NCBI GenBank assembly: GCA_016185275.1
Contig: JACPNX010000015.1
Coordinates: forward strand, 69,441-133,440
Length of the DNA: 64,000 nucleotides
DNA from: Actinomycetota bacterium
GTDB taxonomy: Bacteria > Actinomycetota > Acidimicrobiia > Acidimicrobiales > Iamiaceae
Direction of reading: 5' to 3'
Part shown: piece by piece, positions 10,086 to 21,005 of the stretch
Position numbering within the stretch: the first letter of the stretch is position 1
How the letters are laid out: each line of letters starts with the position of its first letter
Program-made: the position numbers and the translations under genes
The notes under the pieces: generated by a model
The model's database searches: none
Seen by the model: the letters and a program-made list of their open reading frames with translations, nothing else
Told to the model about the DNA's origin: nothing

Positions 10086-10652
10086 GTGATGCCCACCCCG
10101 CCTCCCGAACCCGTCGACCTGGGCGCCCGCTGGCCCGGCTCTCGCCAGCTGGCGGTGGACCTGGCCGGGGCGGGGGCCATGCTCGGTGGGGTGCTCGGCT
10201 TCGTAGCCAGCCGACCTCTCGCCTGGCTCGGGCTGGTGGCCGGCGCTGCCGTCGGGGCTCTGGCCGGCATCGTGCTCGCGCCGCGCCGCTTGAGCGTGCA
10301 GGTGGACGACACCGGCGTTCGCATCGGCCGCCTCACCTCGGTGGAGCGCATCCCATGGGAGGACGTGGTCGCGGTCGGCATCGAGGAGGGCTACCACGGC
10401 CGGTCGGGCCGATCGCTCGGCTTGGCCGTGTGCCGCCGCGGCGTGCTGCTGCCCGTCCGGGTCCCCGCGCTGACGCGGACGGCGTCGGCGTTCCGGTTCG
10501 GCGGCAGCCCACCGGCCGACCGGCTCGAGCCGTTCCGCGACCTCGCGCTGGCCACGGTGCGACCCTGGGCCACGTGGGCCGGCGTCCCGGTAGTCGATCG
10601 CGACATCGACCGCTGGTGGGACGCGCAGCCGGCCGCCGACGCCGGAAGCTGA
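10086..10652 (+). CDS. Membrane protein with a single TM-pair plus PH-like module (paralogue of the 8712..9773 modules)
   Basis: Two hydrophobic helices (AMLGGVLGFVASRPLAWLGLVAGAAVGALAGIVLA), then RRLSVQVDDTGVRIGRLTSVERIPWEDVVAVGI, the same pattern as the two modules upstream. Confidence 0.55.
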   Translation: MMPTPPPEPVDLGARWPGSRQLAVDLAGAGAMLGGVLGFVASRPLAWLGLVAGAAVGALAGIVLAPRRLSVQVDDTGVRIGRLTSVERIPWEDVVAVGIEEGYHGRSGRSLGLAVCRRGVLLPVRVPALTRTASAFRFGGSPPADRLEPFRDLALATVRPWATWAGVPVVDRDIDRWWDAQPAADAGS

Positions 10653-10829
10653 CCTCGCCGGCCTCGCACCCCGCCCTGCGCCGCGCTGGGCCGGAGCGTC
10701 GCCTCGCGCTGGCGGGCGGAGTCCGGTCCCGACTCCGTGACCGGCAGCTTCTCGGAGCGGGTGGGGGCCGGGTCCCCGCGTCGAATCGGTGCGCCCCACG
10801 TTTGAGCCGGCCGGTCGGCGGCTACACCG

Positions 10830-11435
10830 GTGGCCGTGCGCCGCGGTCTCTCATTGGTTCTCGTCCTTGCGCTCGCAACCGTCGCCTGCGGCACCAGCGA
10901 CACCAGCGACAGCGGAGCACGCGGGGAACCGACCACCACCACTTCGCCCGCATCGACTTCGACCACCGACCCGTGGGCGGTACCGGCGAAGATCGACGTC
11001 GCCTACGTCCAACGGGTCGTCGACGAGCTCAGCCGGATTGCGGCCAGGGCGTGGGAACGGACCCGGCAACAGGGCAAGGTCGACCCGCAGGTCGAGCGCC
11101 TGCTCCTGGCCATCTCCTCCGGGGCACAGGGACAGATGGACATCGAGGAGCTCCAAGGGTCTGTCCGTCAAGGCTTCTCGGATTGGGTGGAGCGGCCGCA
11201 ACCGGGATCGACTCGGGTTCGCCAGGTCGAGACGATCAGCCCGCGCTGTATCCGAGCGGCAGGTGCGATGGATTTCCGCAAGGCCGTCAGGAACGGAGGG
11301 GTCCGATCCGTGGTCATCGAATTGCGACGTGTCAAGGCTGCGGCTGATGCCACCAACCCGACGGGGTGGATCAAAGATGGCGTCTGGGCGGCCGGGGAGG
11401 CTCCCGCCGAGGGGAAGCCATGCGAACGAGGCTGA
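10830..11435 (+). CDS. Putative lipoprotein, function unknown
   Basis: Signal peptide with lipobox (LVLALATVAC|G) followed by a Ser/Thr-rich linker. Many A/T-ending codons relative to the core genes. Confidence 0.55.
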   Translation: MAVRRGLSLVLVLALATVACGTSDTSDSGARGEPTTTTSPASTSTTDPWAVPAKIDVAYVQRVVDELSRIAARAWERTRQQGKVDPQVERLLLAISSGAQGQMDIEELQGSVRQGFSDWVERPQPGSTRVRQVETISPRCIRAAGAMDFRKAVRNGGVRSVVIELRRVKAAADATNPTGWIKDGVWAAGEAPAEGKPCERG

Positions 11436-12319
11436 CCGCGACCGGAGTGCTCGCTTTAGCGCTCCTCATGACGAGCCCGGCGATACCGGCGCGCGCAGGT
11501 AGTCGCGAACCCGGCGCTTGGCCTGCGACAACCGGCCCGGCCGTCGGCCGGGTCAACTCGAACGACATGTGTCGTGCGAGGCGCGTCGGTCTACGCGGGA
11601 CGACGCGATGCGAGCAGGGAGCTGTCGGAGGGACTTCGGGCAGGCGCGGCGAGCGGAAGGGCCCGGCGAACCGCACCGGCGGCGCACAGAGCCGCGACGA
11701 ACCCCGCTGGCCGCCGACCCGTGAGGAGATCCTCGCCGCGCAGCGACGGGCCAGAGCCCGCGCGATCGTCGGTCCGGCCGGTGGCTGCGTCGACCTGAGC
11801 GATCCCAACCCGACGCGCGTGGTTGGCGTGCCGAACCCCGAGCGGATCACGGGCGGCACGGTGTGCCTCGGCCCGCTCGGCGTACCGGCCTTCGACCCTG
11901 CTGCGTTCGCCGAGCAGTATCTGCGCGACGTGCCCCTGCCGGTCCCCGATCCGACCATCCCGCCCGGGCGCATGATCGTCGCGTTTCCGGCCACGGTCGT
12001 GACCACCACGCCCGTCACCTTCGACACCACCGCACCGAGCCCGTTCGGGCCGCTGCGGATCCGCGCCCGAGCCGACATCGTCGTCGACTGGGGCGACGGC
12101 GAGCAGACCGGCCCCTACGACCACCCCGGCGAGCCCTATCCCAACGGCCACATCGTCCACCGCTACGCCTCCGCCGGCCGCTACGACGTCACCGTCACCT
12201 ACCGATGGACCACCACGTGGACCTGGGGTGCGCAGAGCGGCGCCATCCCCGGCACCATCGACACCACCACCACGATCCCCCGCTTCACCGTCGTCGAGCT
12301 CCAAGCTCGCACCAACTGA
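11420..12319 (+). CDS. Secreted protein with C-terminal PKD-like domain
   Basis: Signal peptide MRTRLTATGVLALALLMTSPAIPARA. C-terminal VDWGDGEQTGPYDHPGEPYPNGHIVHRYASAGRYDVTVTY matches the PKD WDFGDG...H.Y...G.Y.V pattern. The middle region is Arg-rich with atypical codons, so the N-terminal half is less certain. It overlaps the previous gene by 16 nt. Confidence 0.5.
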   Translation: MRTRLTATGVLALALLMTSPAIPARAGSREPGAWPATTGPAVGRVNSNDMCRARRVGLRGTTRCEQGAVGGTSGRRGERKGPANRTGGAQSRDEPRWPPTREEILAAQRRARARAIVGPAGGCVDLSDPNPTRVVGVPNPERITGGTVCLGPLGVPAFDPAAFAEQYLRDVPLPVPDPTIPPGRMIVAFPATVVTTTPVTFDTTAPSPFGPLRIRARADIVVDWGDGEQTGPYDHPGEPYPNGHIVHRYASAGRYDVTVTYRWTTTWTWGAQSGAIPGTIDTTTTIPRFTVVELQARTN

Positions 12320-12420
12320 ACCCTCGGGCGGTACTTCCGATCGCAGCAGGCGACCCCTGGCGCAGTGAACTGCACTCAGAACGGGGAGCAACGCCAGGCG
12401 CACCCTGGAGCGGCTCGCCG

Positions 12421-12533
12421 CCGAGCGCCGGGCTCCGAGCGCCGGGCTCCATCGGCTCAGCCCGGGTCAACCCGGCTCAGCCCGGGTCAACCCGGCTCGG
12501 TCCGGGTCAACCCGGCTCGGTCCGGCTCAGCCC
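12421..12533. repeat. Short tandem repeats at the prfB 3' end: 14-bp x2, then eight 10-bp units (GGYTCRRYCC)
   Basis: ccgagcgccgggct x2 (12421-12448), then ggctcagccc gggtcaaccc ggctcagccc gggtcaaccc ggctcggtcc gggtcaaccc ggctcggtcc ggctcagccc (12454-12533). The ccggg-tcaa-cccgg mini-hairpins recur. The last unit contains the prfB stop. Confidence 0.9.
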
Positions 12534-13641
12534 GAAGGCCGATCACCCCCGGCTCGGCGCCAGCGCAGGAACGCCTCCATGAACGGGTCGAGGTCGCCGT
12601 CGAGCACGGCGTCGACGTTGCCCGTCTCGTGACCCGTGCGCAGGTCCTTGACCATCTGGTACGGCTGCAGCACGTAGGAACGGATCTGGCTGCCGAAACC
12701 GACCGAGCGCTGCTCGCCGCGGATCGTGTCCAGCTCCTCCTCACGCTCCTGGCGCTGCAGCTCGGCCAGCTTGGCCTTGAGGATCTGCATCGCACGGTCC
12801 TTGTTCTGGTGCTGGCTGCGTTCGTTCTGGCACGACGTGACGACACCCGTCGGAAGATGGGTGATGCGCACCGCGGAGTCGGTCACGTTCACGTGCTGGC
12901 CGCCAGCACCCGAGGACCGGTAGGTGTCGATGCGCAGATCCTTCTCGTCGATCTCGATGTCGGGCACGTCTTCGAGGAACGGCGTGACCTTGAGGGCGGC
13001 GAACGCGGTCTGGCGCTTCCCCTGGGCGTTGAACGGCGACATCCGCACGAGCCGGTGGACGCCGTGCTCGGCCCGCAACCAGCCGTACGCGTTGCGACCC
13101 TTCACCATGAAGGTGGCCGACGAGATGCCCGCCTCCGATCCAGGTGACACGTCATCCAGTTCGACGCCGAAGCCGCGCCGCTCGGCCCAGCGCAGCTCCA
13201 TGCGCAGCAGCATGTTGGCCCAGTCCTGCGCGTCGGCGCCGCCCTCACCCGACTGCACCTCGCAGATGGCGTCGTTCGCGTCGTGCTCCTCGGTGAACAG
13301 CGACCGCAACTCGAGCGACGCGAACTCGGCACGCAGCGCGTCGATCTCGCGCTCGATCTCCCCCGCGACCGAATCGTCACCCTCCTCGCGGGCCAGGTCG
13401 AACAGCGTCTCCGCATCGGCGAGGCGCGCCTCGAGCGCGTCGTAGGTCTCGAGGTCGTCGGCAACGGCCGACAGCTCGCCGGTGACGCGCCTGGCCGCAT
13501 CGGGGTCGTCCCAGAGGTCGGGGCGCCCAGCCTCGGTCTCGAGCTGTGGCCGCCGGGCGCGCAGCTGGTCGACCTTCAGGTACTGATGGGCCTCGTCGAG
13601 CTGCGCCCGCAGCGCCTTGAGATCATCGGTGGCGTCACGCA

Positions 13642-13642
<1 letters not shown>
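12527..13642 (-). CDS. prfB: Peptide chain release factor 2
   Basis: SPF tripeptide (RMSPFNAQ), GGQ (RSSGAGGQHVN) and QNERSQHQNK. One uninterrupted 371-codon frame from MRDATDDLK. The ATG overlaps the secA TGA by 1 nt. Confidence 0.95.
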
Positions 13643-16365
<2,723 letters not shown>

Positions 16366-16401
16366 GAGGTCACCGAGTCTACGGGTGGGCGTCGGGCCCG
16401 C

Positions 16402-17085
16402 TCACCCGGGGTCGATCAGGTGCTCGCGAACCGCGTACATGGCGGCCTCGGTGCGCGAGTGCAGGTGGAGCTTGTCGAGGATGTTGCGCACGTGGTTCTT
16501 GACCGTGTTCTCGGAGATGAACAGCTTCTCGGCGATGTCCCGGTTGGTACGGCCGGTCGACACGAGGCGCAGCACCTCGATCTCGCGGTCGGTGAGACTG
16601 TGCATCGCCCCGGCCGCGGGTCTGCCCTCCGCGCGCCGGGCCAGGGCCGAGAACTCGGTCACCAGCTTGGCCGCCATCGACGGCGTGATGAGGCTGTGGC
16701 CGGCGACGACCGAGCGGACGGCATCACCGACCTCTTCGATCGACACGTCCTTGAGCAGGTAGCCGACCGCACCGGCCTTCACCGCCTCGTAGAGGTCGTC
16801 CTCCTCGTCGCTCACGGTCAGCATCACGATGCGGCACCCCGGCACCGCCGTCGCGATCCGCCGGGTGGCGTCGATGCCGGTCAGCCCCGGCATCCGCACA
16901 TCCATCAGCACCACGTCGGGCTGGAGCTCGCGCGCCCGCTCGACGGCCTCGGTGCCGTCGCACGCCTCGCCCACCACCTCCACGCCGTCGCCGTCGGCCA
17001 GCACCATGGCCAGCCCGCGCCGGAAGACTGCGTGGTCGTCGCAGATGAGGACACGGACGGTGTCGAGCGCTGACACGGTGGACAT
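16402..17085 (-). CDS. NarL/LuxR-family two-component response regulator (no cognate kinase adjacent)
   Basis: Receiver domain (VLICDDH...PDVVLMDVRMPG...MLT) plus LuxR HTH (LTDREIEVLRLVSTGRTNRDIAEKLFISENTVKNHVRNIL). Confidence 0.9.
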   Translation of the reverse strand: MSTVSALDTVRVLICDDHAVFRRGLAMVLADGDGVEVVGEACDGTEAVERARELQPDVVLMDVRMPGLTGIDATRRIATAVPGCRIVMLTVSDEEDDLYEAVKAGAVGYLLKDVSIEEVGDAVRSVVAGHSLITPSMAAKLVTEFSALARRAEGRPAAGAMHSLTDREIEVLRLVSTGRTNRDIAEKLFISENTVKNHVRNILDKLHLHSRTEAAMYAVREHLIDPG

Positions 17086-17156
17086 GGCTCCTCGCGAGTG
17101 CCGGGGGGAAACGCTCCAAGGAAGCGACTTCGCGGCTGGGTTGTCGGATGTGGCGG

Positions 17157-17795
17157 TCAGGGGGTTTCGTCGATGAGGCCAACGTCACCGTCGTCGCGCT
17201 GGTACACCACCGCGGCGCGACCGGTGTCGAGGTTGGTGAAGAAGAAGAACCCGTGGCCGAGCAGATCCATGCGGGTCACCGCATCCTCGGCCGTCATCGG
17301 CATCGACGCGAACTGCTTGCTCTTGACGATGCGCGGCGCGCGCGGGGCTCGCGGTGCCGCCGAGCCGTCGGCCTGCGGTTCCGGACCGGACGCAGGAGCG
17401 AGGCGCTCACCCGCCGCCGCGCCGGTGACGGTGTCGTCGCCCGTGCTCGCGGCGGGTTCGAGGGAGCGGGCCGAGCGCACGGGAGGACCCTGGTGGCGCC
17501 GGTGCAGCTTCGTCTTGAGCTTCTGGAGCTGCTGCTCGAGCTTGGCCACCGCCTGGTCGACGGCTGCGCCCGTATCGGCCGCGCGGACCTTGCAGCGCAC
17601 ATGGTGACCGTGGCCTTCCATGGTCACCTCGCAGACCTCGCGCTCGACGATGCGCGGGTTGCGCTCCTCGGAGAAGTGCACCTCGGCTCGCTCCATCCCG
17701 TCCACGAAGCGGGCGAGGCGCTGGATCTTCTCCTCGGCGGTGCGGCGCAGGGCTTCGGGAACCGTGCGGTGCCGGGCGCTGACGATGACGTCCAA
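17157..17795 (-). CDS. hpf: Ribosome hibernation-promoting factor, long form (S30AE/RaiA family)
   Basis: N-terminal S30AE fold (VIVSARHRTVPEALRRTAEEKIQRL...AVDQAVAKLEQQLQKLK), a disordered linker, and the C-terminal dimerisation domain (IVKSKQFASMPMTAEDAVTRMDLLGHGFFFFTN...VVYQRDDGDVGLI). Start set to TTG 17795, preceded by GGAGGAG. Confidence 0.9.
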   Translation of the reverse strand: MDVIVSARHRTVPEALRRTAEEKIQRLARFVDGMERAEVHFSEERNPRIVEREVCEVTMEGHGHHVRCKVRAADTGAAVDQAVAKLEQQLQKLKTKLHRRHQGPPVRSARSLEPAASTGDDTVTGAAAGERLAPASGPEPQADGSAAPRAPRAPRIVKSKQFASMPMTAEDAVTRMDLLGHGFFFFTNLDTGRAAVVYQRDDGDVGLIDETP

Positions 17796-17882
17796 AGAGC
17801 TCCTCCTCGCCGACCGGTGCACGCGGATCGTAGAACGACAGGGCGAGATCGTCGCCCGGACCTCGCGAATCCCGACCGATGC

Positions 17883-17897
17883 GGCCAACGGTTGGCC
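17883..17897. promoter_or_regulatory. 15-bp perfect dyad GGCCAAC-N-GTTGGCC in the comF-hpf spacer
   Basis: ggccaacggttggcc lies about 45 nt downstream of the comF stop and about 90 nt upstream of the hpf start. It could be a protein site or part of a terminator stem. Confidence 0.25.
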
Positions 17898-17942
17898 GGG
17901 CCCGTCAGGAATGCGACGGCCGACGATGGGATGGGGAACCGC

Positions 17943-18548
17943 TCACCTGGACTCGGTGCGGGCGGCCACGACGGCACGCACGTCGGCCGCCCCGGCGCGA
18001 TGGAGTGCGGCCGCGACCGCCGACAATGAACCGCCCGTGGTGACCACGTCGTCCACCACGAGGACCCGTCTGCCGGCCGCGACGGAACCGGAGATCGGCT
18101 CGACCCGCGGCCCGGCGCGGCGCTCGACTCCCGACCGCCCGGTCTGGGCGGGGCCGTCGAGCCGGCGGACCAGGCGAGCCACGGGGAGTCCGAGATCGGC
18201 GGCCACCGCCCGGGCCAGCAGCTCGGCCTGGTCGAACCCGCGACCACGCCGGCGCGCCCCGGTGGTCGGCGCCCACGTCACCACGTCGACGCGAGCGGTG
18301 TCGACCAGTTGGGCCATTCCGCCGGCCAGCCACCGCAACGAGGCCCGGGCGTTGCGGTACTTCAGCCGGGCCACCAGCTGGCGAGCGGCACCCTCGTAGG
18401 CGAGGAGGGCCCGGCAGTCCGACAGGCCGCGCGGCGCAGGCGCCGGTGCGGCGCGCCGGACGCGACCCGCGCACGTCGCGCACGGCGACGGGCCCGGTTG
18501 ATCGCACGCGCCGCAGCGGCTGGGGAGGAACACCCGCCCATCCTGCAC
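17943..18548 (-). CDS. ComF-family phosphoribosyltransferase-like protein
   Basis: N-terminal Cys pairs (CGACDQPGPSPCATC) and a PRTase loop VLVVDDVVTTGGSL. Start set to GTG 18548 after AGGGGGG; the 283-codon upstream extension is junk-like. Confidence 0.8.
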   Translation of the reverse strand: MQDGRVFLPSRCGACDQPGPSPCATCAGRVRRAAPAPAPRGLSDCRALLAYEGAARQLVARLKYRNARASLRWLAGGMAQLVDTARVDVVTWAPTTGARRRGRGFDQAELLARAVAADLGLPVARLVRRLDGPAQTGRSGVERRAGPRVEPISGSVAAGRRVLVVDDVVTTGGSLSAVAAALHRAGAADVRAVVAARTESR

Positions 18549-18601
18549 GGCCCCCCTGACAGCACACCGCGACGGGTTCCGTACCGGCCGGTGGCGGCGT
18601 C

Positions 18602-18713
18602 GCGGCCGGGACCGGCGCCGTCGCCAGCCGGCGCGGCCGGGGCATGCCCAACCCGGCGCGGCCGGGACCGGCGCCGTCGCCAGCCGGCGCGGGCGGGGCA
18701 TGCCCAACCCGGC
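18602..18713. repeat. 56-bp direct repeat x2 (55/56 identical), each carrying the 10-bp palindrome GGGCATGCCC, in a divergent promoter region
   Basis: gcggccgggaccggcgccgtcgccagccggcgcgg[c/g]cggggcatgcccaacccggc at 18602 and 18658. Palindromes are at 18640-18649 and 18696-18705. The repeat lies between the comF start (18548, minus) and the 18747 start (plus). Confidence 0.9.
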
Positions 18714-18746
18714 CGGCCCGCACCGTGCCGTCGGTAGCCTCTCCCG

Positions 18747-19421
18747 GTGGCCGCCACCGTCTCCCCCGGGTGCGGCGGCGCCGCGCCCGCGCGGGACGAA
18801 CCTCTGCCCTCGAACGCCCGGCGCCTCCGGCGCTGCGTGACCGGCCTCGTGCTGTGCGGGCTCGGTTTCTCGGCCCTCGTGCGCGCCGGCCTGGGCCTCG
18901 ATGCGTGGGACGTCTTCCATCAGGGCGTCGCGCGCCAGTTGGGTCTGCCCATCGGGACGGTCACCATCGGAACCGGGTTCGTCGTGCTGCTCGGCTGGAT
19001 CCCGTTGCGGGAACGGCCGGGCATCGGAACGTTGCTCAACGCGGTGGTCATCGGTTCGGTGATGAACCTGGTGATCCCGCGCCTGCCCGGGCCGACGGTG
19101 TGGCCGGTCGCCTGGACGTTCCTGCTCGGCGGCATCACGCTGGCCGCCGTCGGGTCGGGCCTCTACATCGGTGCCGGGCTGGGTCCCGGCCCGCGCGACG
19201 GGCTCATGACGGGCATCGCCCGGCGGGGCCACTCGGTCCGGGTGGTGCGCACCGCGATCGAGCTGAGCGCGCTGGCGGCGGGCTGGCTGCTCGGGGGCGA
19301 CGTCGGCATCGGGACGGTGGTCGCGGCCGTGACCATCGGTCCCGCGGTGCACCTGGCCCTCGACCGCCTGGCCCTGCCGCCCCGGGCGCGGGCGCACGCC
19401 GAGGCGATCGAAGGGACCTGA
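18747..19421 (+). CDS. YczE/YitT-like polytopic membrane protein
   Basis: LGLDAWDVFHQGVARQLGLPIGTVTIGTGFVVLL...GIGTLLNAVVIG...GLYIGAGLGPGPRDGLMTGIAR is typical of the YczE-like (DUF6198) family, recalled from memory. Confidence 0.6.
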   Translation: MAATVSPGCGGAAPARDEPLPSNARRLRRCVTGLVLCGLGFSALVRAGLGLDAWDVFHQGVARQLGLPIGTVTIGTGFVVLLGWIPLRERPGIGTLLNAVVIGSVMNLVIPRLPGPTVWPVAWTFLLGGITLAAVGSGLYIGAGLGPGPRDGLMTGIARRGHSVRVVRTAIELSALAAGWLLGGDVGIGTVVAAVTIGPAVHLALDRLALPPRARAHAEAIEGT

Positions 19422-19427
19422 CGGCGC

Positions 19428-20270
19428 TCAGGCCTCCGGCAGGAAGCCGTGCGCCGGGGCGTCGCCGGCGATGATGCGCTCGGCTCTCACCGCGATCATC
19501 GGGTTCCACTCGGGATGGGTGAGGATGTAGAAGCGGCGCTCGAGCACGGCGGCGAGCACCTGCTCGGCCACGTCCGCCGGGTCGAGCCCGGTGGCCAGCA
19601 GGCTGCGCAGCACGTCCCGGGCGGCGGCGCGGTCCTCGGTCGCGTCCTCGGGCCTCGGGCCGCCCGGCCGGTTGCGATCGGCATCACCGATGCGCGTGTT
19701 CACCCAACCCGGGCACAGCACCGAGACGCCCACGTTCGAGCCTTCGAGCGACAGCTCACCGTGGATGGTCTCCGACAGGGCCACCACGCCGAACTTCGAG
19801 ACGTTGTACGGGCCCATGAACGGCGAGGCGGTGAGGCCCGCCATCGACGCGGTGTTCACCACGTGGCCCTCGCCCTGGTCGCGCAGGAGCGGCAGGAACA
19901 CGTGGCAGCCGTAGATGACACCCCACAGGTTGACGTCGATGACCCAGCGCCAGTCGGCGAGGTCGCTGTCCCACACGGTGCCGCCGCCGCCGACGCCGGC
20001 GTTGTTGCACACGACGTGGACGGCGCCGAAGGCGTCGAGGGCGGCGTCGCGCAGGGCCTCAACATGCGCCAGCTCGCGGACGTCGGTGCGGACCCGGATG
20101 GCCTCGGCCCCCATCGAGCGGACGTCGTCCAGCGCGGTGTCGAGCGCGTCGTCCTCGATGTCGGCCATCACGACCTTGGCGCCGGCCGACGCGAAGCGCC
20201 GGGACATGGCCAAGCCGATGCCCGACGCGGCCCCGGTCACGACCGCGACCTTGCCTTCGATGGTGTCCAC
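19428..20270 (-). CDS. Short-chain dehydrogenase/reductase (SDR) family oxidoreductase
   Basis: TGAASGIGLA cofactor motif, NNAG, catalytic S...YNVSK. Confidence 0.9.
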   Translation of the reverse strand: MDTIEGKVAVVTGAASGIGLAMSRRFASAGAKVVMADIEDDALDTALDDVRSMGAEAIRVRTDVRELAHVEALRDAALDAFGAVHVVCNNAGVGGGGTVWDSDLADWRWVIDVNLWGVIYGCHVFLPLLRDQGEGHVVNTASMAGLTASPFMGPYNVSKFGVVALSETIHGELSLEGSNVGVSVLCPGWVNTRIGDADRNRPGGPRPEDATEDRAAARDVLRSLLATGLDPADVAEQVLAAVLERRFYILTHPEWNPMIAVRAERIIAGDAPAHGFLPEA

Positions 20271-20345
20271 GCGTCCCCCGGGGTTGCTCGTGCCGGCCTC
20301 CGAAGGACGGTAGCCCGCCGGTCGGCGGACCGAGCGCCGACGGGA

Positions 20346-21005
20346 TCACCCGCGTCGCGCCAGCCGCCACCGCAGGTCGGGCCACCACGACGCCAGCGCG
20401 TAGCCGGCCGAGCCGACCAGCGCGACGGCGCCGAAGAGCCGGTGCGCCGGACCCCACCCCGCTTCGAGGGGGCCCGACGCCAGGAGCGGTCGGTAGAGCA
20501 GCCCGCCGGCCGCGTAGGCCGCGAACACCGCCGGGGCCGCCGCCACTCCGCCCTGGCGCTCGGGCGTCAGGGCGGCGAGCACGACGCTCGACATCGAAGC
20601 GACGGCGATGAACGCCGCCAACTCGGTGGTGAGTGCGGCGCTCGGCAATGGCCCGATGAGGCGGGCGATCGATGCGACCGTGACGGCCCACGAGAGGGCA
20701 GCCCCCGGTAGCACGACGACGGCTCGGTAGAGGCGACGGCGGGCGAGGCTCACGGGCAGGGCGGAGGTCAACTCCCTGGCCGTGTCATCCTGGGAGAGCC
20801 CCGCGGCTACCGCGATCGACAGGGCGGCGATGCGAGCCGCTCGCACCGCCGTCGCCGGAGCGGTCGAGAGCGACATCGCGACCACGGTGGCGACCGGCAG
20901 GCCGGCGCCAACGATCGGAGCGGACCGCGGCACGACCGCCGCGGTGTAGCGAAGCAGCACACGAGTACACCGCACGCGCGCGCCGATCTGCTCGGTCAGG
21001 GACAC
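20346..21005 (-). CDS. Polytopic membrane protein, last gene of the ABC operon
   Basis: Only the C-terminal 219 codons of track ORF 20346..22613 look protein-like, with about 6 hydrophobic helices. GTG 21005 overlaps the upstream stop by 10 nt. Start is uncertain. Confidence 0.5.
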   Translation of the reverse strand: MSLTEQIGARVRCTRVLLRYTAAVVPRSAPIVGAGLPVATVVAMSLSTAPATAVRAARIAALSIAVAAGLSQDDTARELTSALPVSLARRRLYRAVVVLPGAALSWAVTVASIARLIGPLPSAALTTELAAFIAVASMSSVVLAALTPERQGGVAAAPAVFAAYAAGGLLYRPLLASGPLEAGWGPAHRLFGAVALVGSAGYALASWWPDLRWRLARRG

